From contig OZ024766.1 in NCBI GenBank assembly GCA_964016885.1, positions 18,600,001 through 18,664,000 of the forward strand: a DNA stretch of 64,000 nucleotides. The letters run 5' to 3'. The position numbers and the translations under genes were made by a program. How positions within the stretch are numbered: position 1 is the first letter of the stretch; every line of letters begins with the position of its first letter. Of the stretch, positions 28,006 through 41,034 are shown piece after piece. Below the pieces are notes generated by a model, which was given only the letters and a program-made list of their open reading frames with translations, ran no database searches and was not told the origin of the DNA. The stretch is from Eledone cirrhosa (taxonomy: Eukaryota).

Positions 28006-28301
28006 GGAACGAGTAGGACCCCAAAAGCTGAGCTCAAGCCGTTTCGACGGCTAATTCTGGACTTTTTAGTCCAGAATTAGCCGTCGAAACGGCTTGAGCT
28101 CTGCCGTCGGGGTCCTACTCGTTCCTATTACCCACTCTACTACCCTAAGTATTGAGTACTTTGGTGCGTTATGGTCCATCTGGTTCCTTACCACATTTCC
28201 TTCGTTATATATATATATACTTAACAAATGGTGTTGTAGACCCAGGGGTTAGTTTTAGGGGCCAGGCTGGTATGAGAAGGGTCAATGTTACAACCACCTA
28301 C

Positions 28302-28409
28302 CTGGTCATCAGTGACGGGAGGGTCATTTCTGTCCAGCTGACCCAATATCTTGTAGGCTGACCTCTGGAGTTGGGTCCGCTTTATCAACCTTTCCTTGTC
28401 ATATAAAAC
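28302..28409 (-). CDS. AATF: AATF exon 9
   Basis: VLYDKERLIKRTQLQRSAYKILGQ...; phase 0-0; acceptor is tandemly multiplied upstream. Confidence 0.93.
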
Positions 28410-28730
28410 CTGGGGATATAGATATAAAGGGTATAGGATGGTATGGTGTATAAAACCTGGGGATATAGATATAAAGGGTATAGGATGGTATGGTGTATAA
28501 AACCTGGGGATATAGATATAAAGGGTATAGGATGGTATGGTGTATAAAACCTGGGGATATAGATATAAAGGGTATAGGATGGTATGGTGTATAAAACCTG
28601 GGGATATAGATATAAAGGGTATAGGATGGTATGGTGTATAAAACCTGGGGATATAGATATAAAGGGTATAGGATGGTATGGTGTATAAAACCTGGGGATA
28701 TAGATATAAAGGGTATAGGATGGTATGGTG
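28402..28730. repeat. 7x 47-bp repeat containing the AATF exon 9 acceptor
   Basis: cctgggg at 28409, 28456, 28503, 28550, 28597, 28644 and 28691. Confidence 0.95.
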
Positions 28731-29547
28731 TGATGGTATGCTATGGTATGGTAAGATGGTATGGTATGTTGGTATGGTAAGATGGTATAGTAAGATGGTA
28801 TGGTGTGATGGTGTGGTATGATGGTATGGTAAGATGGTATAGTAAGATGTTATGGTAAGATGGTATGCTAAGATGGTATGGTAGGATGTGATGGTAAGAT
28901 GGTATGTTGGTATGGTAGGATGTTATGATGGTATGGTATGGTAAGATGGTATGTTGGTATGTTGGTATGGTAGGATGTTATGGTAAGATGGTAAGATGGT
29001 ATGTTGGTATGGTAGGATGTTATGATGGTATGGTATGGTAGGATGTTATGATGGTATGGTAAGATGGTATGATAAGATGGTATAGTAAGATGTTTTGGTA
29101 AGATGGTATGCTAAGATGGTATGGTAGGATGTGATGGTAAGATGGTATGTTGGTATGGTAGGATGTTATGATGGTATGGTATGGTAACATGGTATGTTGG
29201 TATGTTGGTATGGTAGGATGTTATGGTAAGATGGTAAGATGGTATGTTGGTATGGTAGGATGTTATGATGGTATGATAAGATGGTATAGTAAGATGTTTT
29301 GGTAAGATGGTATGCTAAGATGGTATGGTAGGATGTGATGGTATGGTAGGATGTTATGATGGTATGGTATGGTAGGATGTTATGATGGTATGGTATGGTA
29401 GGATGTTATGATGGTATGGTAAGATGGTATGATAAGATGGTATAGTAAGATGGTATGCTAAGATGGTATGGTAGGATGTGATGGTAAGATGGTATGTTGG
29501 TATGGCAGGATGTTATGGTATGATGGTTAATCACTCATCATCATCAT

Positions 29548-31832
29548 CATTTTTACGTCCACTTTTCCCTGCTTGCAAGGGTGGGACGGGAACTGATTCT
29601 GGCTTGATTTCTACAGCTGGATGCCCTTCCTAACACCAACCTCATTTACAGTGTGGGCTGGGTGCTTTTTTGCCGTGGCACCTCCACGACCACTTTACAG
29701 TGATTGCTGGGTGCTTTTTTGCCGTGGCACCTCCACGACCACTTTACAGTGAGTGCTGGGTGCTTTTTTGCCGTGGCACCTCCACGACCACTTTACAGTG
29801 AGTGCTGGGTGCTTTTTTGCCGTGGCACCTCCACGACCACTTTACAGTGAGTGCTGGGTGCTTTTTTGCCATGGCACCTCCACGACCACTTTACAGTGAG
29901 TGCTGGGTGCTTTTTTGCCGTGGCACCCCCACGACCACTTTACAGTGAGGGCTGGGTGCTTTTTTGCCGTGGCACCTCCACGACCACTTTACAGTGAGTG
30001 CTGGGTGCTTTTTTGCCGTGGCACCTCCACGACCACTTTACAGTGAGTGCTGGGTGCTTTTTTGCCGTGGCACCTCCACGACCACTTTACAGTGAGTGCT
30101 GGGTGCTTTTTTGCCATGGCACCTCCACGACCACTTTACAGTGAGTGCTGGGTGCTTTTTTGCTGTGGCACCTCCACGACCACTTTACAGTGTGGGCTGG
30201 GTGCTTTTTTGCTGTGGCACCTCCACGACCACTTTACAGTGTGTGCTGGGTGCTTTTTTGCCGTGGCACCTCCACGACCACTTTACAGTGAGTGCTGGGT
30301 GCTTTTTTGCCGTGGCACCCCCACGACCACTTTACAGTGTGGGCTGGGTGCTTTTTTGCCGTGGCACCCCCACGACCACTTTACAGTGAGTGCTGGGTGC
30401 TTTTTTGCTGTGGCACCTCCACGACCACTTTACAGTGAGTGCTGGGTGCTTTTTTGCCGTGGCACCTCCACGACCACTTTACAGTGAGTGCTGGGTGCTT
30501 TTTTGCCGTGGCACCTCCACGACCACTTTACAGTGTGTGCTGGGTGCTTTTTTGCCGTGGCACCTCCACGACCACTTTACAGTGAGTGCTGGGTGCTTTT
30601 TTGCCGTGGCACCTCCACAACCACTTTACAGTGAGTGCTGGGTGCTTTTTTGCCGTGGCACCTCCACGACCACTTTACAGTGAGTGCTGGGTGCTTTTTT
30701 GCCGTGGCACCTCCACAACCACTTTACAGTGAGTGCTGGGTGCTTTTTTGCCGTGGCACCTCCACGACCACTTTACAGTGAGTGCTGGGTGCTTTTTTGC
30801 CGTGGCACCTCCACGACCACTTTACAGTGAGTGCTGGGTGCTTTTTTGCTGTGGCAGCTCCACGACCACTTTACAGTGAGTGCTGGGTGCTTCTTTGCCG
30901 TGGCACCTCCACAACCACTTTACAGTGAGTGCTGGGTGCTTTTTTGCTGTGGCACCTCCACGACCACTTTACAGTGAGTGGTGGGTGCTTTTTTGCCGTG
31001 GCACCTCCACGACCACTTTACAGTGAGTGCTGGGTGCTTTTTTGCTGTGGCACCTCCACGACCACTTTACAGTGAGTGCTGGGTGCTTTTTTGCCGTGGC
31101 ACCTCCACGACCACTTTACAGTGAGTGCTGGGTGCTTTTTTGCTGTGGCACCTCCACGACCACTTTACAGTGAGTGCTGGGTGCTTCTTTGCCATGGCAC
31201 CTCCACAACCACTTTACAGTGAGTGCTGGGTGCTTTTTTGCTGTGGCACCTCCACGACCACTTTACAGTGAGTGCTGGGTGCTTTTTTGCTGTGGTACCT
31301 CCACGACCACTTTACAGTGAGTGCTGGGTGCTTTTTTTGCCGTGGCACCCCCACGACCACTTTACAGTGAGTGCTGGGTGCTTTTTTGCTGTGGCACCTC
31401 CACGACCACTTTACAGTGAGTGCTGGGTGCTTTTTTGCCGTGGCACCTCCACAACCACTTTACAGTGTGGGCTGGGTGCTTTTTTGCCGTGGCACCTCCA
31501 CTACCACTTTACAGTGAGTGCTGGGTGCTTTTTTGCCGTGGCACCTCCACGACCACTTTACAGTGAGGGCTGGGTGCTTTTTTGCTGTGGCACCTCCACG
31601 ACCACTTTGCAGTGAGTGCTGGGTGCTTTTTTGCCGTGGCACCTCCACGACCACTTTGCAGTGGAATGATAGGGACCCCAGTCCCTATCATCTCATTTCT
31701 ACAGCTGAGTAAACTGGAGCAATGTGAAATAAAGTGTCTTGCTCAAGGAAACAACACATCACCCGGTCTGAGAATTGAACTCACAACCTTTCGATTGCAA
31801 GGCCAATGCTCTAACCACTAAGCCATGTGCCT

Positions 31833-31834
<2 letters not shown>
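29548..31834 (-). mobile_element. VNTR-SINE (~41 units)
   Basis: Same head and tail; array ~29645-31665. Confidence 0.85.
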
Positions 31835-31883
<49 letters not shown>

Positions 31884-31922
31884 TATTTATATATACCCCG
31901 TAGTATCGAACCCACAACCAAC

Positions 31923-32031
31923 CTGATCAATCTGTTTCAAGACTGACTGTTCCAGTGCACTAAATGACCTCTTGTTCAGCTTTCCCGAGGCCAGCCGAGT
32001 CTTCGTGTCCCATTTCTGTATCACAGTGTTG
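31923..32031 (-). CDS. AATF: AATF exon 8
   Basis: NTVIQKWDTKTRLASGKLNKRSFSALEQSVLKQIDQ (AATF QKWxxKTxLASGK motif). Confidence 0.95.
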
Positions 32032-32128
32032 CTGAGGGGGAAGAGAGACAAACAGAGTGTGAGGGTGTATATATATATAAAATAAAGTTAAATAAAAGTC
32101 AAATGATTAAAATTTAGCTTCGTTTATT

Positions 32129-32183
32129 ACTGCTATATATATTTCAGTGACAGCCATCTTTGGCTGTGACCTCTTCAGGCAGT
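32129..32183 (-). ncRNA. Type I hammerhead fold in AATF intron 7 (sense)
   Basis: actgc-CTGAAGA-[acagcca/tggctgt]-GAAA-tatata-TA-gcagt; palindromic helix III. Confidence 0.62.
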
Positions 32184-32296
32184 TTGAATTAGTATGGTAT
32201 AGACAAGTACATATGTTGTTTAGGTGTATGATATTGTCAATACTCTGATATGCCCAGTTCCTTGCTGGGTTGTTAATTCACTGGGGAACTGGAGTC

Positions 32297-32326
<30 letters not shown>

Positions 32327-32328
<2 letters not shown>

Positions 32329-32596
32329 GGTATATATTGAGTTAGGAACTAAAAATAGTCTCTTACAACAAAATAGCTCTAAGAAAGAGAGATTTCCGAG
32401 CCGTATATTGAGACAAGCAAACCCTATTGTCTATAATTAGTATTCTTTTCACCTTAGCAAATCAGGTCCCTGTCGATTTGAACACATATATGTATATATC
32501 TGTGTTCGTTTTTCTTTTATATTCTATTATAATATACAGCTCAGAAAAATCTCTTTCTCAGAGCTATTTTGAGTTCCTAACTCAATATATACCTTT
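32327..32596. mobile_element. MITE-like element with imperfect TIRs
   Basis: aaaggtatatattgagttaggaact...agttcctaactcaatatataccttt. Confidence 0.65.
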
Positions 32597-33000
32597 AATA
32601 TATTCGGCTCCGTTAATTTGTTGAGCTATTTCAAATGTCGAGTAAACCTGGCTGCTATTTTTAGTGGTGTGAGTTTGTGAGACTCGCTAGGATGCCATGT
32701 GTGCTATTTTATATATTTTATATATAGCATACTTAGATGTGTCTAGGATACTAATTCATCACCCACTGATGAGCTTGGATTGGTATTTCTATTCACAATT
32801 AACATTGCGAAACAACACTAAGCTGTCCGGTATTTATTTTCTTGATTTTTTCTTAAATTGAGACAAGCAAACCCTATTGTCTATAGTTAGTATTCTTTTC
32901 ACCTTAGCAAATCTGGTCCCTAATATTTGAACACATATAATATGTATATGTCTGTGTTCGTTTTTCTTTTATATTCATTTATAATATCGTTTCATCGTTT

Positions 33001-33568
33001 CATTTTACGTCCGCTATTCCCTGCTTGCAAGGGTGGGACGGGAACTGATTCTGGCTTGATTTCTACAGCTGGATGCCCTTCCTAACACCAACCTCATTTA
33101 CAGTGAGTGCTGGGTGCTTTTTTGCCGTGGCACCTCCACGACCACTTTACAGTGAGTGCTGGGTGCTTTTTTCTGTGGTGCCTCCACGACCACTTTACAG
33201 TGAGTGCTGGGTGCTTTTTTGCCGTGGCACCTCCACGACCACTTTACAGTGAGTGCTGGGTGCTTTTTTCTGTGGTGCCTCCACGACCACTTTACAGTGA
33301 GTGCTGGGTGCTTTTTTGCTGTGGCACCTCCACGACCACTTTACAGTGAGGGCTGGGTGCTTTTTTGCCGTGGTACCTCCACGACCACTTTACAGTGCAA
33401 TGATAGGGACCCCAGTCCCTATCATCTCATTTCTACAGCTGAGTAAACTGGAGCAATGTGAAATAAAGTGTCTTGCTCAAGGAAACAACATATCACCCGG
33501 TCTGAGAATTGAACTCACAACCTTTCGATTGCAAGGCCAATGCTCTAACCACTAAGCCATGTGCCTCC
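33001..33568 (-). mobile_element. VNTR-SINE (~6 units)
   Basis: Same family. Confidence 0.85.
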
Positions 33569-33586
33569 ATATATATATGGCCATGC

Positions 33587-33620
<34 letters not shown>

Positions 33621-33633
33621 TGATATATAAATG

Positions 33634-33699
<66 letters not shown>

Positions 33700-33715
33700 T
33701 AAAAGGGTTCCTCAC

Positions 33716-33940
33716 CGACAAGGTTCAAACAACCGTGCCCTTTTGGCAAGGAATGCTGGGATGTGTGCAGGGGCCAACTTCCTTTTCTTCAGCTTGAACC
33801 CGTCTTTGGTCGTGACAGAAGGCTTCGGGCTTGTGACCACCCCTCCACCGTCACCCCCTTCACCGTTAACACCAACAACAACTTCATCATCGCTTGGGAT
33901 TTCATCATCACCATCATCATCATCATCTTTGCCATCATTC
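33716..33940 (-). CDS. AATF: AATF exon 7
   Basis: NDGKDDD...EIPSDDE...[24 protein letters not shown]; aag acceptor, gtgagg donor, phase 2-2. Confidence 0.9.
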
Positions 33941-34089
33941 CTTACAGAGTAGAAGATAACATTGAAATATAAGGCAGAGACATATATATATATACACACA
34001 CACACACACGTATATATATATACACACACACATATAATATATATATATGTATGTGTGTGTGTATATATATATATATATATGTGTGTGTG

Positions 34090-34120
<31 letters not shown>

Positions 34121-34138
34121 ATATATATGTGTGTGTGG

Positions 34139-34244
<106 letters not shown>

Positions 34245-34357
34245 TATATATATATACACACACACACATATATATATATATATAATATATACACACACAC
34301 ACACATATATATATATACACACACGTATATATATGTATATACACACAGATACATAAT

Positions 34358-34388
<31 letters not shown>

Positions 34389-34616
34389 CACACGTATATA
34401 TATATATATATACACAGATACATAATACACACATATATATATGTATATATACACATATACACACACACGTATATATATATATACACACAAAGAGATACAT
34501 AATACACACACACATATATATACACACACACGCACACACACACATATATATATATATATACATATACACACACACGTATATATATATATATACACACATA
34601 CATACATAATACACAC

Positions 34617-34650
<34 letters not shown>

Positions 34651-34699
34651 ACATAATACACACACATATATATATATATATATACATACATGTTAGCTA

Positions 34700-36425
34700 A
34701 AACAACCATAACCACACCACCACCTCCACACTACACCCCCACCACTACCAACACACTACTACACCACCACCACACCAACACACTACAGCACCACACCACC
34801 GCCACCAACACACTACACCACCACCACCACCAACACACCACACTACACCACCACCACACCAACACACTACACCACCACCACACCAACACACTACAGCACC
34901 ACCACACCAACACACTACAGCACCACACCACCACACCAACACACTACACCACCACCACCACCAACACACCACACTACACCACCACCACCACCACACCAAC
35001 ACACTACAGCACCACACCACCGCCACCAACACACTACACCACCATCTCCAGTGACAATGTGCCGTGTCTGTGTGTCCTCCACCACCACCAACACACCTCA
35101 TCACTACACCACCACCTCCACACTATACCACCACCCCCACCAACACACTACAGCACCACACCTCCACACTACACCACCACACCACCACACCACCACCACC
35201 ACCACCACACCACCACCACCACCACCACCAACACACTACTACACCACCATCACCAACACACTACAGCACCACCACCACCAACACACCACACTACAGCACC
35301 ACACCACCGCCACCAACACACTACACCACCACCACCACCACACCAACACACTACACCACCACCACCAACACACCACACTACACCACCACACCACCGCCAC
35401 CAACACACTACACCACCACCACCACCACACCAACACACTACACCACCACCACCACCACACCAACACACTACAGCACCACACCACCACACCAACACACTAC
35501 AGCACCACCACCACCACACCAACACACTACACCACCACCACCACCACCACACCACCGCCACCAACACACTACACCACCACCACCACCAACACACTACACC
35601 ACCACCACCACCGCCACCAACACACTACACACCACCACCACCACCACACCAACACACTACACCACCACCACCAACACACCACACTACACCACCACACCAC
35701 CGCCACCAACACACTACACCACCACCACCACCACACCAACACACTACACCACCACCACCAACACACCACACTACACCACCACACCACCGCCACCAACACA
35801 CTACACCACCACCACCACCACACCAACACACTACACCACCACCACCACCACACCAACACACTACAGCACCACACCACCACACCAACACACTACAGCACCA
35901 CCACCACCAACACACCACCACCACCACCACACCAACACACTACAGCACCACACCACCGCCACCAACACACTACACCACCACCACCACCAACACACCACAC
36001 TACACCACCACACCACCACCACCACCAACACACCACACTACACCACCACCATCTCCAGTGACAATGTGCCGTGTCTGTGTGTCCTCCACCACCACCAACA
36101 CACCTCATCACTACACCACCACCACCAACACACCACACCTCCACACTACACCACCACACCACCACCACCACCACACCCACACTACACCACCACACCACAC
36201 TACACCACACCTCCACACTACACCACCACCACACCACCACCACCAACACACCACACTACACCACCATCTCCAGTGACAATGTGCCGTGTCTGTGTGTCCT
36301 CCACCACCACCACCACCACACTATACCACCACCACCACCAACACACTACAGCACCACACCTCCACACTACACCACCACACCACCACCACCACCACCACAC
36401 CACTACACCACCACCACCGCCACAA
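34700..36425. repeat. (CAC/CAA)-rich low-complexity array
   Basis: caccaccacaccaacacactac units. Confidence 0.95.
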
Positions 36426-36457
36426 CAGTAATTCTAAGAATCTGACCAATATCTTAC

Positions 36458-36545
36458 CTGTCTGCTGTGACACCATCTCCAGTGAGAATGTGACGTGTCT
36501 GTGTGTCCTTGAGGAGCAGAGATGACTGTAGATAGATGAGGGTGT
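36458..36545 (-). CDS. AATF: AATF exon 6 (5' part hidden in N gap)
   Basis: TLIYLQSSLLLKDTQTRHILTGDGVTAD then gtaag donor, phase 2; acceptor probably inside 36546-36745. Confidence 0.75.
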
Positions 36546-36745
36546 NNNNNNNNNNNNNNNNNNNNNNNNNNNNNNNNNNNNNNNNNNNNNNNNNNNNNNN
36601 NNNNNNNNNNNNNNNNNNNNNNNNNNNNNNNNNNNNNNNNNNNNNNNNNNNNNNNNNNNNNNNNNNNNNNNNNNNNNNNNNNNNNNNNNNNNNNNNNNNN
36701 NNNNNNNNNNNNNNNNNNNNNNNNNNNNNNNNNNNNNNNNNNNNN
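36546..36745. other. Assembly gap (200 N)
   Basis: Run of N. Confidence 1.
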
Positions 36746-36754
36746 ATCATCGTT

Positions 36755-37470
36755 TAACGTCCATCTTCCACGCTAGCATGGGTTAGACGGGAGTTGTCCT
36801 ACTTGAGGCAAGGTTGGTTGTCTCGCTCGTATAGGACTGTCTGGCAGGTTTTCTACGGCTGGATGCCCTTCCTAACACCTACATGACCACTTTACAGTGT
36901 GGACTGGGTACTATTTGTTGTGACACCTACATGACCACTTTACAGTGTGACTGGGTGCTATTTGTCGTGACACCTACATGACCACTTTACAGTGTGGACT
37001 GGGTGCTATTTGTCGTGACACCTACATGACCACTTTACAGTGTGGACTGGGTGCGGTTTGTTGTGACACCTACATGACCACTTTACAGTGTGGACTGGGT
37101 ACTTTTTGTTGTGACACCTACATGACCACTTTACAGTGTGGACTGGGTGCGGTTTGTTGTGACACCTACATGACCACTTTACAGTGTGGACTGGGTGCGG
37201 TTTGTTGTGACACCTACATGACCACTTTACAGTGTGGACTGGTTACTTTTTGTTGTGACACCTACATGACCACTTTACAGTGTGGACTGGGTGCGGTTTG
37301 TTGTGACACCTACATGACCACTTTACAGTGTGGACTGGGTGCTATTTGTCGTGACACCTACATGACCACTTTACAGTGTGGACTGGGTGCTGTTTGTTGT
37401 GACACCTACATGACCACTTTACAGTGTGGACTGGGTACTTTTTTTGCTGTGGTGCCTACACGACCAGTTT
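36755..37470 (-). repeat. Variant 49-bp array attached to a retroposon tail
   Basis: Unit tacatgaccactttacagtgtggactgggtgc...gtgacacc. Confidence 0.8.
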
Positions 37471-37554
37471 GCAGACATAAAATACAACAAAAAACTAAGA
37501 ACAAAAGTAAAAATCCAAAGACATTTTTCTGGACAGATCCCTAGATATACTGAC

Positions 37555-37692
37555 CTGTGTGGACTGCCGAGCTAAACTTATCCTTTCCTAGTGACACAAA
37601 CCGGTCCCATGTGTCTGGTTGTGGCATCTGGTTTATTAGGGACACGGCCCTTTGTAATTTAATCCGACCCTCCAATAGATTGTCTAAAAACC
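37555..37692 (-). CDS. AATF: AATF exon 5
   Basis: FLDNLLEGRIKLQRAVSLINQMPQPD matches the AATF-Che1 domain (LLEGRIKLQK...NQLPQPD); canonical splice sites. Confidence 0.95.
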
Positions 37693-38050
37693 CTGCAGAG
37701 AGAAATAAAAATAAATATATAAAGTGAAATATAAGAAAACCCACTGAAATAATGACATCAACAGCCAAATGAATGTGTGGGTGAGTCCCAGGTTCAATTA
37801 GGGGTAGCCACAGTAAGTAAGATACTCAGTATTATATACTAGCAGTGGTACCCGGCGTTGCACAGGATGAGGTATTTTGGAATGCTGGCCGCCAACAGAC
37901 TTAATCATGGAAGAACTGCATGCCTGGACAATATGTAAAGAAAATAAACCGAATACTCTGATGGCTGGATAATCTTTAAGATTTTCCTCGATAAAGCAGG
38001 AAAAATGCAGGTTTTCACCTAATGCGGGCCCTAGGGGATCAATTTTATGT

Positions 38051-38980
38051 GCCCTTCCTAACACCAACCTCATTTACAGTGAGTGCTGGGTGCTATTTTT
38101 ACCATGGCACCTCCACAACCACTTTACAGTGAGTGCTGGGTGCTTTTTTGCTGTGGCACCTCCACAACCACTTTACAGTGAGGGCTGGGTGCTTTTTTGC
38201 CGTGGCACCTCCACAACTACTTTGTAGTGTGGGCTGGGTGCTTTTTTTTCTGTGGCGCCTACAAGACCACTTTACAGTAAGTGCTGGGTGCTTCTTTGCT
38301 GTGGCACCTCCACGACCACTTTACAGTGAGTGCTGGGTGCTTCTTTGCTGTGGCACCTCCACGACCACTTTACAGTGAGTGCTGGGTGCTTCTTTGCTGT
38401 GGCACCTCCACGACCACTTTACAGTGAGTGCTGGGTGCTTTTTTGCCGTGGCACCTCCACGACCACTTTACAGTGAGTGCTGGGTGCTTTTTTGCCGTGG
38501 CACCTCCACGACCACTTTACAGTGAGTGCTGGGTGCTTTTTTGCCGTGGCACCTCCACGACCACTTTACAGTGAGTGCTGGGTGCTTTTTTGCCGTGGCA
38601 CCTCCACGACCACTTTACAGTGAGTGCTGGGTGCTTCTTTGCTGTGGCACCTCCACGACCACTTTACAGTGAGTGCTGGGTGCTTTTTTGCCGTGGCGCC
38701 TCCACGACCACTTTACAGTGAGTGCTGGGTGCTTTTTTGCTGTGGCACCTCCACGACCACTTTACAGTGAGGGCTGGGTGCTTTTTTGCTGTGGTACCTC
38801 AACGACCACTTTACAGTGGAATGATAGGGACCCCAGTCCCTATCATCTCATTTCTACAGCTGAGTAAACTGAAGCAATGTGAAATAAAGTGTCTTGCTCA
38901 AGGAAACAACACATCCCCCGGTCTGAGAATTGAACTCACAACCTTTCGATTGCAAGCCCAATGCTCTAACCACTAAGCCA
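38051..38980 (-). mobile_element. VNTR-SINE (~15 units), tail truncated
   Basis: Same family. Confidence 0.8.
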
Positions 38981-39182
38981 TATGACTATATATATGTATA
39001 TATATATATATACAGCATACAAAAGATAGCACTACAAGGCACTGCACACATATTACGATAGGTACTCTTACCACAATAGGAACAACATCAGTAAAACCTA
39101 GACTGCACCTACAAAGGGTGCACAGAGCTGTGCTCGTCAGAGCAGTAACGATGTATAATGAAAGTAAAGAGGGGCCCCTCAC

Positions 39183-39385
39183 CTAGTTGAGTTTGTACAG
39201 CAAGGCCCTTCAGTTTGTCTGCGGACATATCTGATGAGTGCTTCATTACGCTGACCCCTGGGTGGTCTTCAGCCTCAGTTTTCTGCCTAAGGTTACCTCT
39301 ACCAACCCCTCTGGTGGGGGTGGGGGTGGTGCGGGCGGGAGTGGGTATGTCTTGTTCTTCCTCCTCTTCTTCTTCGTCGTCGTCC

Positions 39386-39419
<34 letters not shown>

Positions 39420-39496
39420 TGCTGCCATCTACTTTGTCATCATCATCATCATCACCGAGGGAGACAGCTTCCACATCCATACCCTCTGTTGATTCG

Positions 39497-39548
<52 letters not shown>

Positions 39549-39571
39549 TTGCATCTGTCTTCTTTACGTTC
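39183..39571 (-). CDS. AATF: AATF exon 4 (poly-Asp/Glu region)
   Basis: ttttccag / gtgagg sites; ends KLKGLAVQTQL (AATF KGxAVxxQ motif); phase 2->1. Confidence 0.92.
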
Positions 39572-39746
39572 CTGGAAAATAAAAAAAATATTGAAAAAAA
39601 AAAAATAATAATAATAATAATAAATAATAAATAAAACCCTAAAAAAATATTAACAAACAGAAAATGGCTGAATAATCATCATCATCATCACAAACAGTAA
39701 ACTAATGTAGTATATAAATACACACAGAGCATTGGGCTTGCAATGT

Positions 39747-41034
39747 GGAGCCACATGGCTTAGTGGTTAGAGCATTGGCCTTGCAATCGAAAGGTTGTGA
39801 GTTCAATTCTCAGACCGGGTGATGTGTTGTTTCCTTGAGCAAGACACTTCATTTCACATTGCTCCAGTTTAACTCAGCTGTAGAAATGAGATGATAGGGA
39901 CTGGGGTCCCTATCATTCCACTGTAAAGTGGTCGTGGAGGTGCCACGGCAAAAAAGCACCCAGCACTCACTGTAAAGTGGTAGTGGAGGTGCCACAGCAA
40001 AAAAGCACCCAGCACTCACTGTAAAGTGGTCGTGGAGGTGCCACGGCAGAAAAGCACCCAGCCCTCACTGTAAAGTGGTCATGGAGGTGTCACGGCAAAA
40101 AAGCACCCAGCACTCACTGTAAAGTGGTCGTGGAGGTGCCACAGCAAAAAAGCACCCAGCCCTCACTGTAAAGTGGTCATGGAGGTGTCACGGCAAAAAA
40201 GCACCCAGCACTCACTGTAAAGTGGTCGTGGAGGTGCCACGGCAAAAAAGCACCCAGCCCTCACTGTAAAGTGGTCATGGAGGTGTCACGGCAAAAAAGC
40301 ACCCAGCACTCACTGTAAAGTGGTAGTGGAGGTGCCACGGCAAAAAAGCACCCAGCACTCACTGTAAAGTGGTCGTGGAGGTGCCACGGAAAAGAAGGCA
40401 CCCAGCACTCTGATTCTGGCTTGATTTCTACAGCTGGATGCCCCTCCTAACACCAACCTCATTTACAGTGAGTGCTGGGTGCTTTTTTACTGTGGCACCT
40501 CCACGACCACTTTACAGTGAGTGCTGGGTGCTTTTTTTGCCGTGGCACCTCCACGACCACTTTACAGTGAGTACTGGGTGCTTTATTGCCGTGGCACCTC
40601 CACGACCACTTTACAGTGAGTGCTGGGTGCTTTTTTGCCGTGGCACCTCCACAACCACTTTACAGTGTCTGCTGGGTGCTTTTTTGCCGTGGCACCTCCA
40701 CGACCACTTTACAGTGAGTGCTGGGTGCTTTTTTGCTGTGGCACCTCCACTACCACTTTACAGTGAGTGCTGGGTGCTTTTTTGCCGTGGCACCTCCACG
40801 ACCACTTTACAGTGAGTGCTGGGTGCTTTTTTGCCGTGGCACCTCCACGACCACTTTACAGTGGAATGATAGGGACCCCAGTCCCTATCATCTCATTTCT
40901 ACAGCTGAGTAAACTGGAGCAATGTGAAATAAAGTGTCTTGCTCAAGGAAACAACACATCACCCGGTCTGAGAATTGAACTCACAACCTTTCGATTGCAA
41001 GGCCAATGCTCTAACCACTAAGCCATGTGCCTCC
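39747..41034. mobile_element. Two VNTR-SINEs fused tail-to-tail in opposite orientation
   Basis: Plus copy 39747-40410 directly abuts minus copy ~40409-41034. Confidence 0.85.

Noticed and set aside
29645-31665. Regular 49-bp and 30-bp arrays as possible CRISPR
   Set aside because: No unique spacers, no cas genes, eukaryotic intron context
31666-31691. tetO-like half sites (tgataggga/tccctatca)
   Set aside because: Half-site order and spacing differ from tetO; it is a hairpin present in nearly every SINE copy
34690-36445. His/Thr/Pro-rich ORFs up to 528 aa
   Set aside because: CAC low-complexity intronic array that is open in all frames
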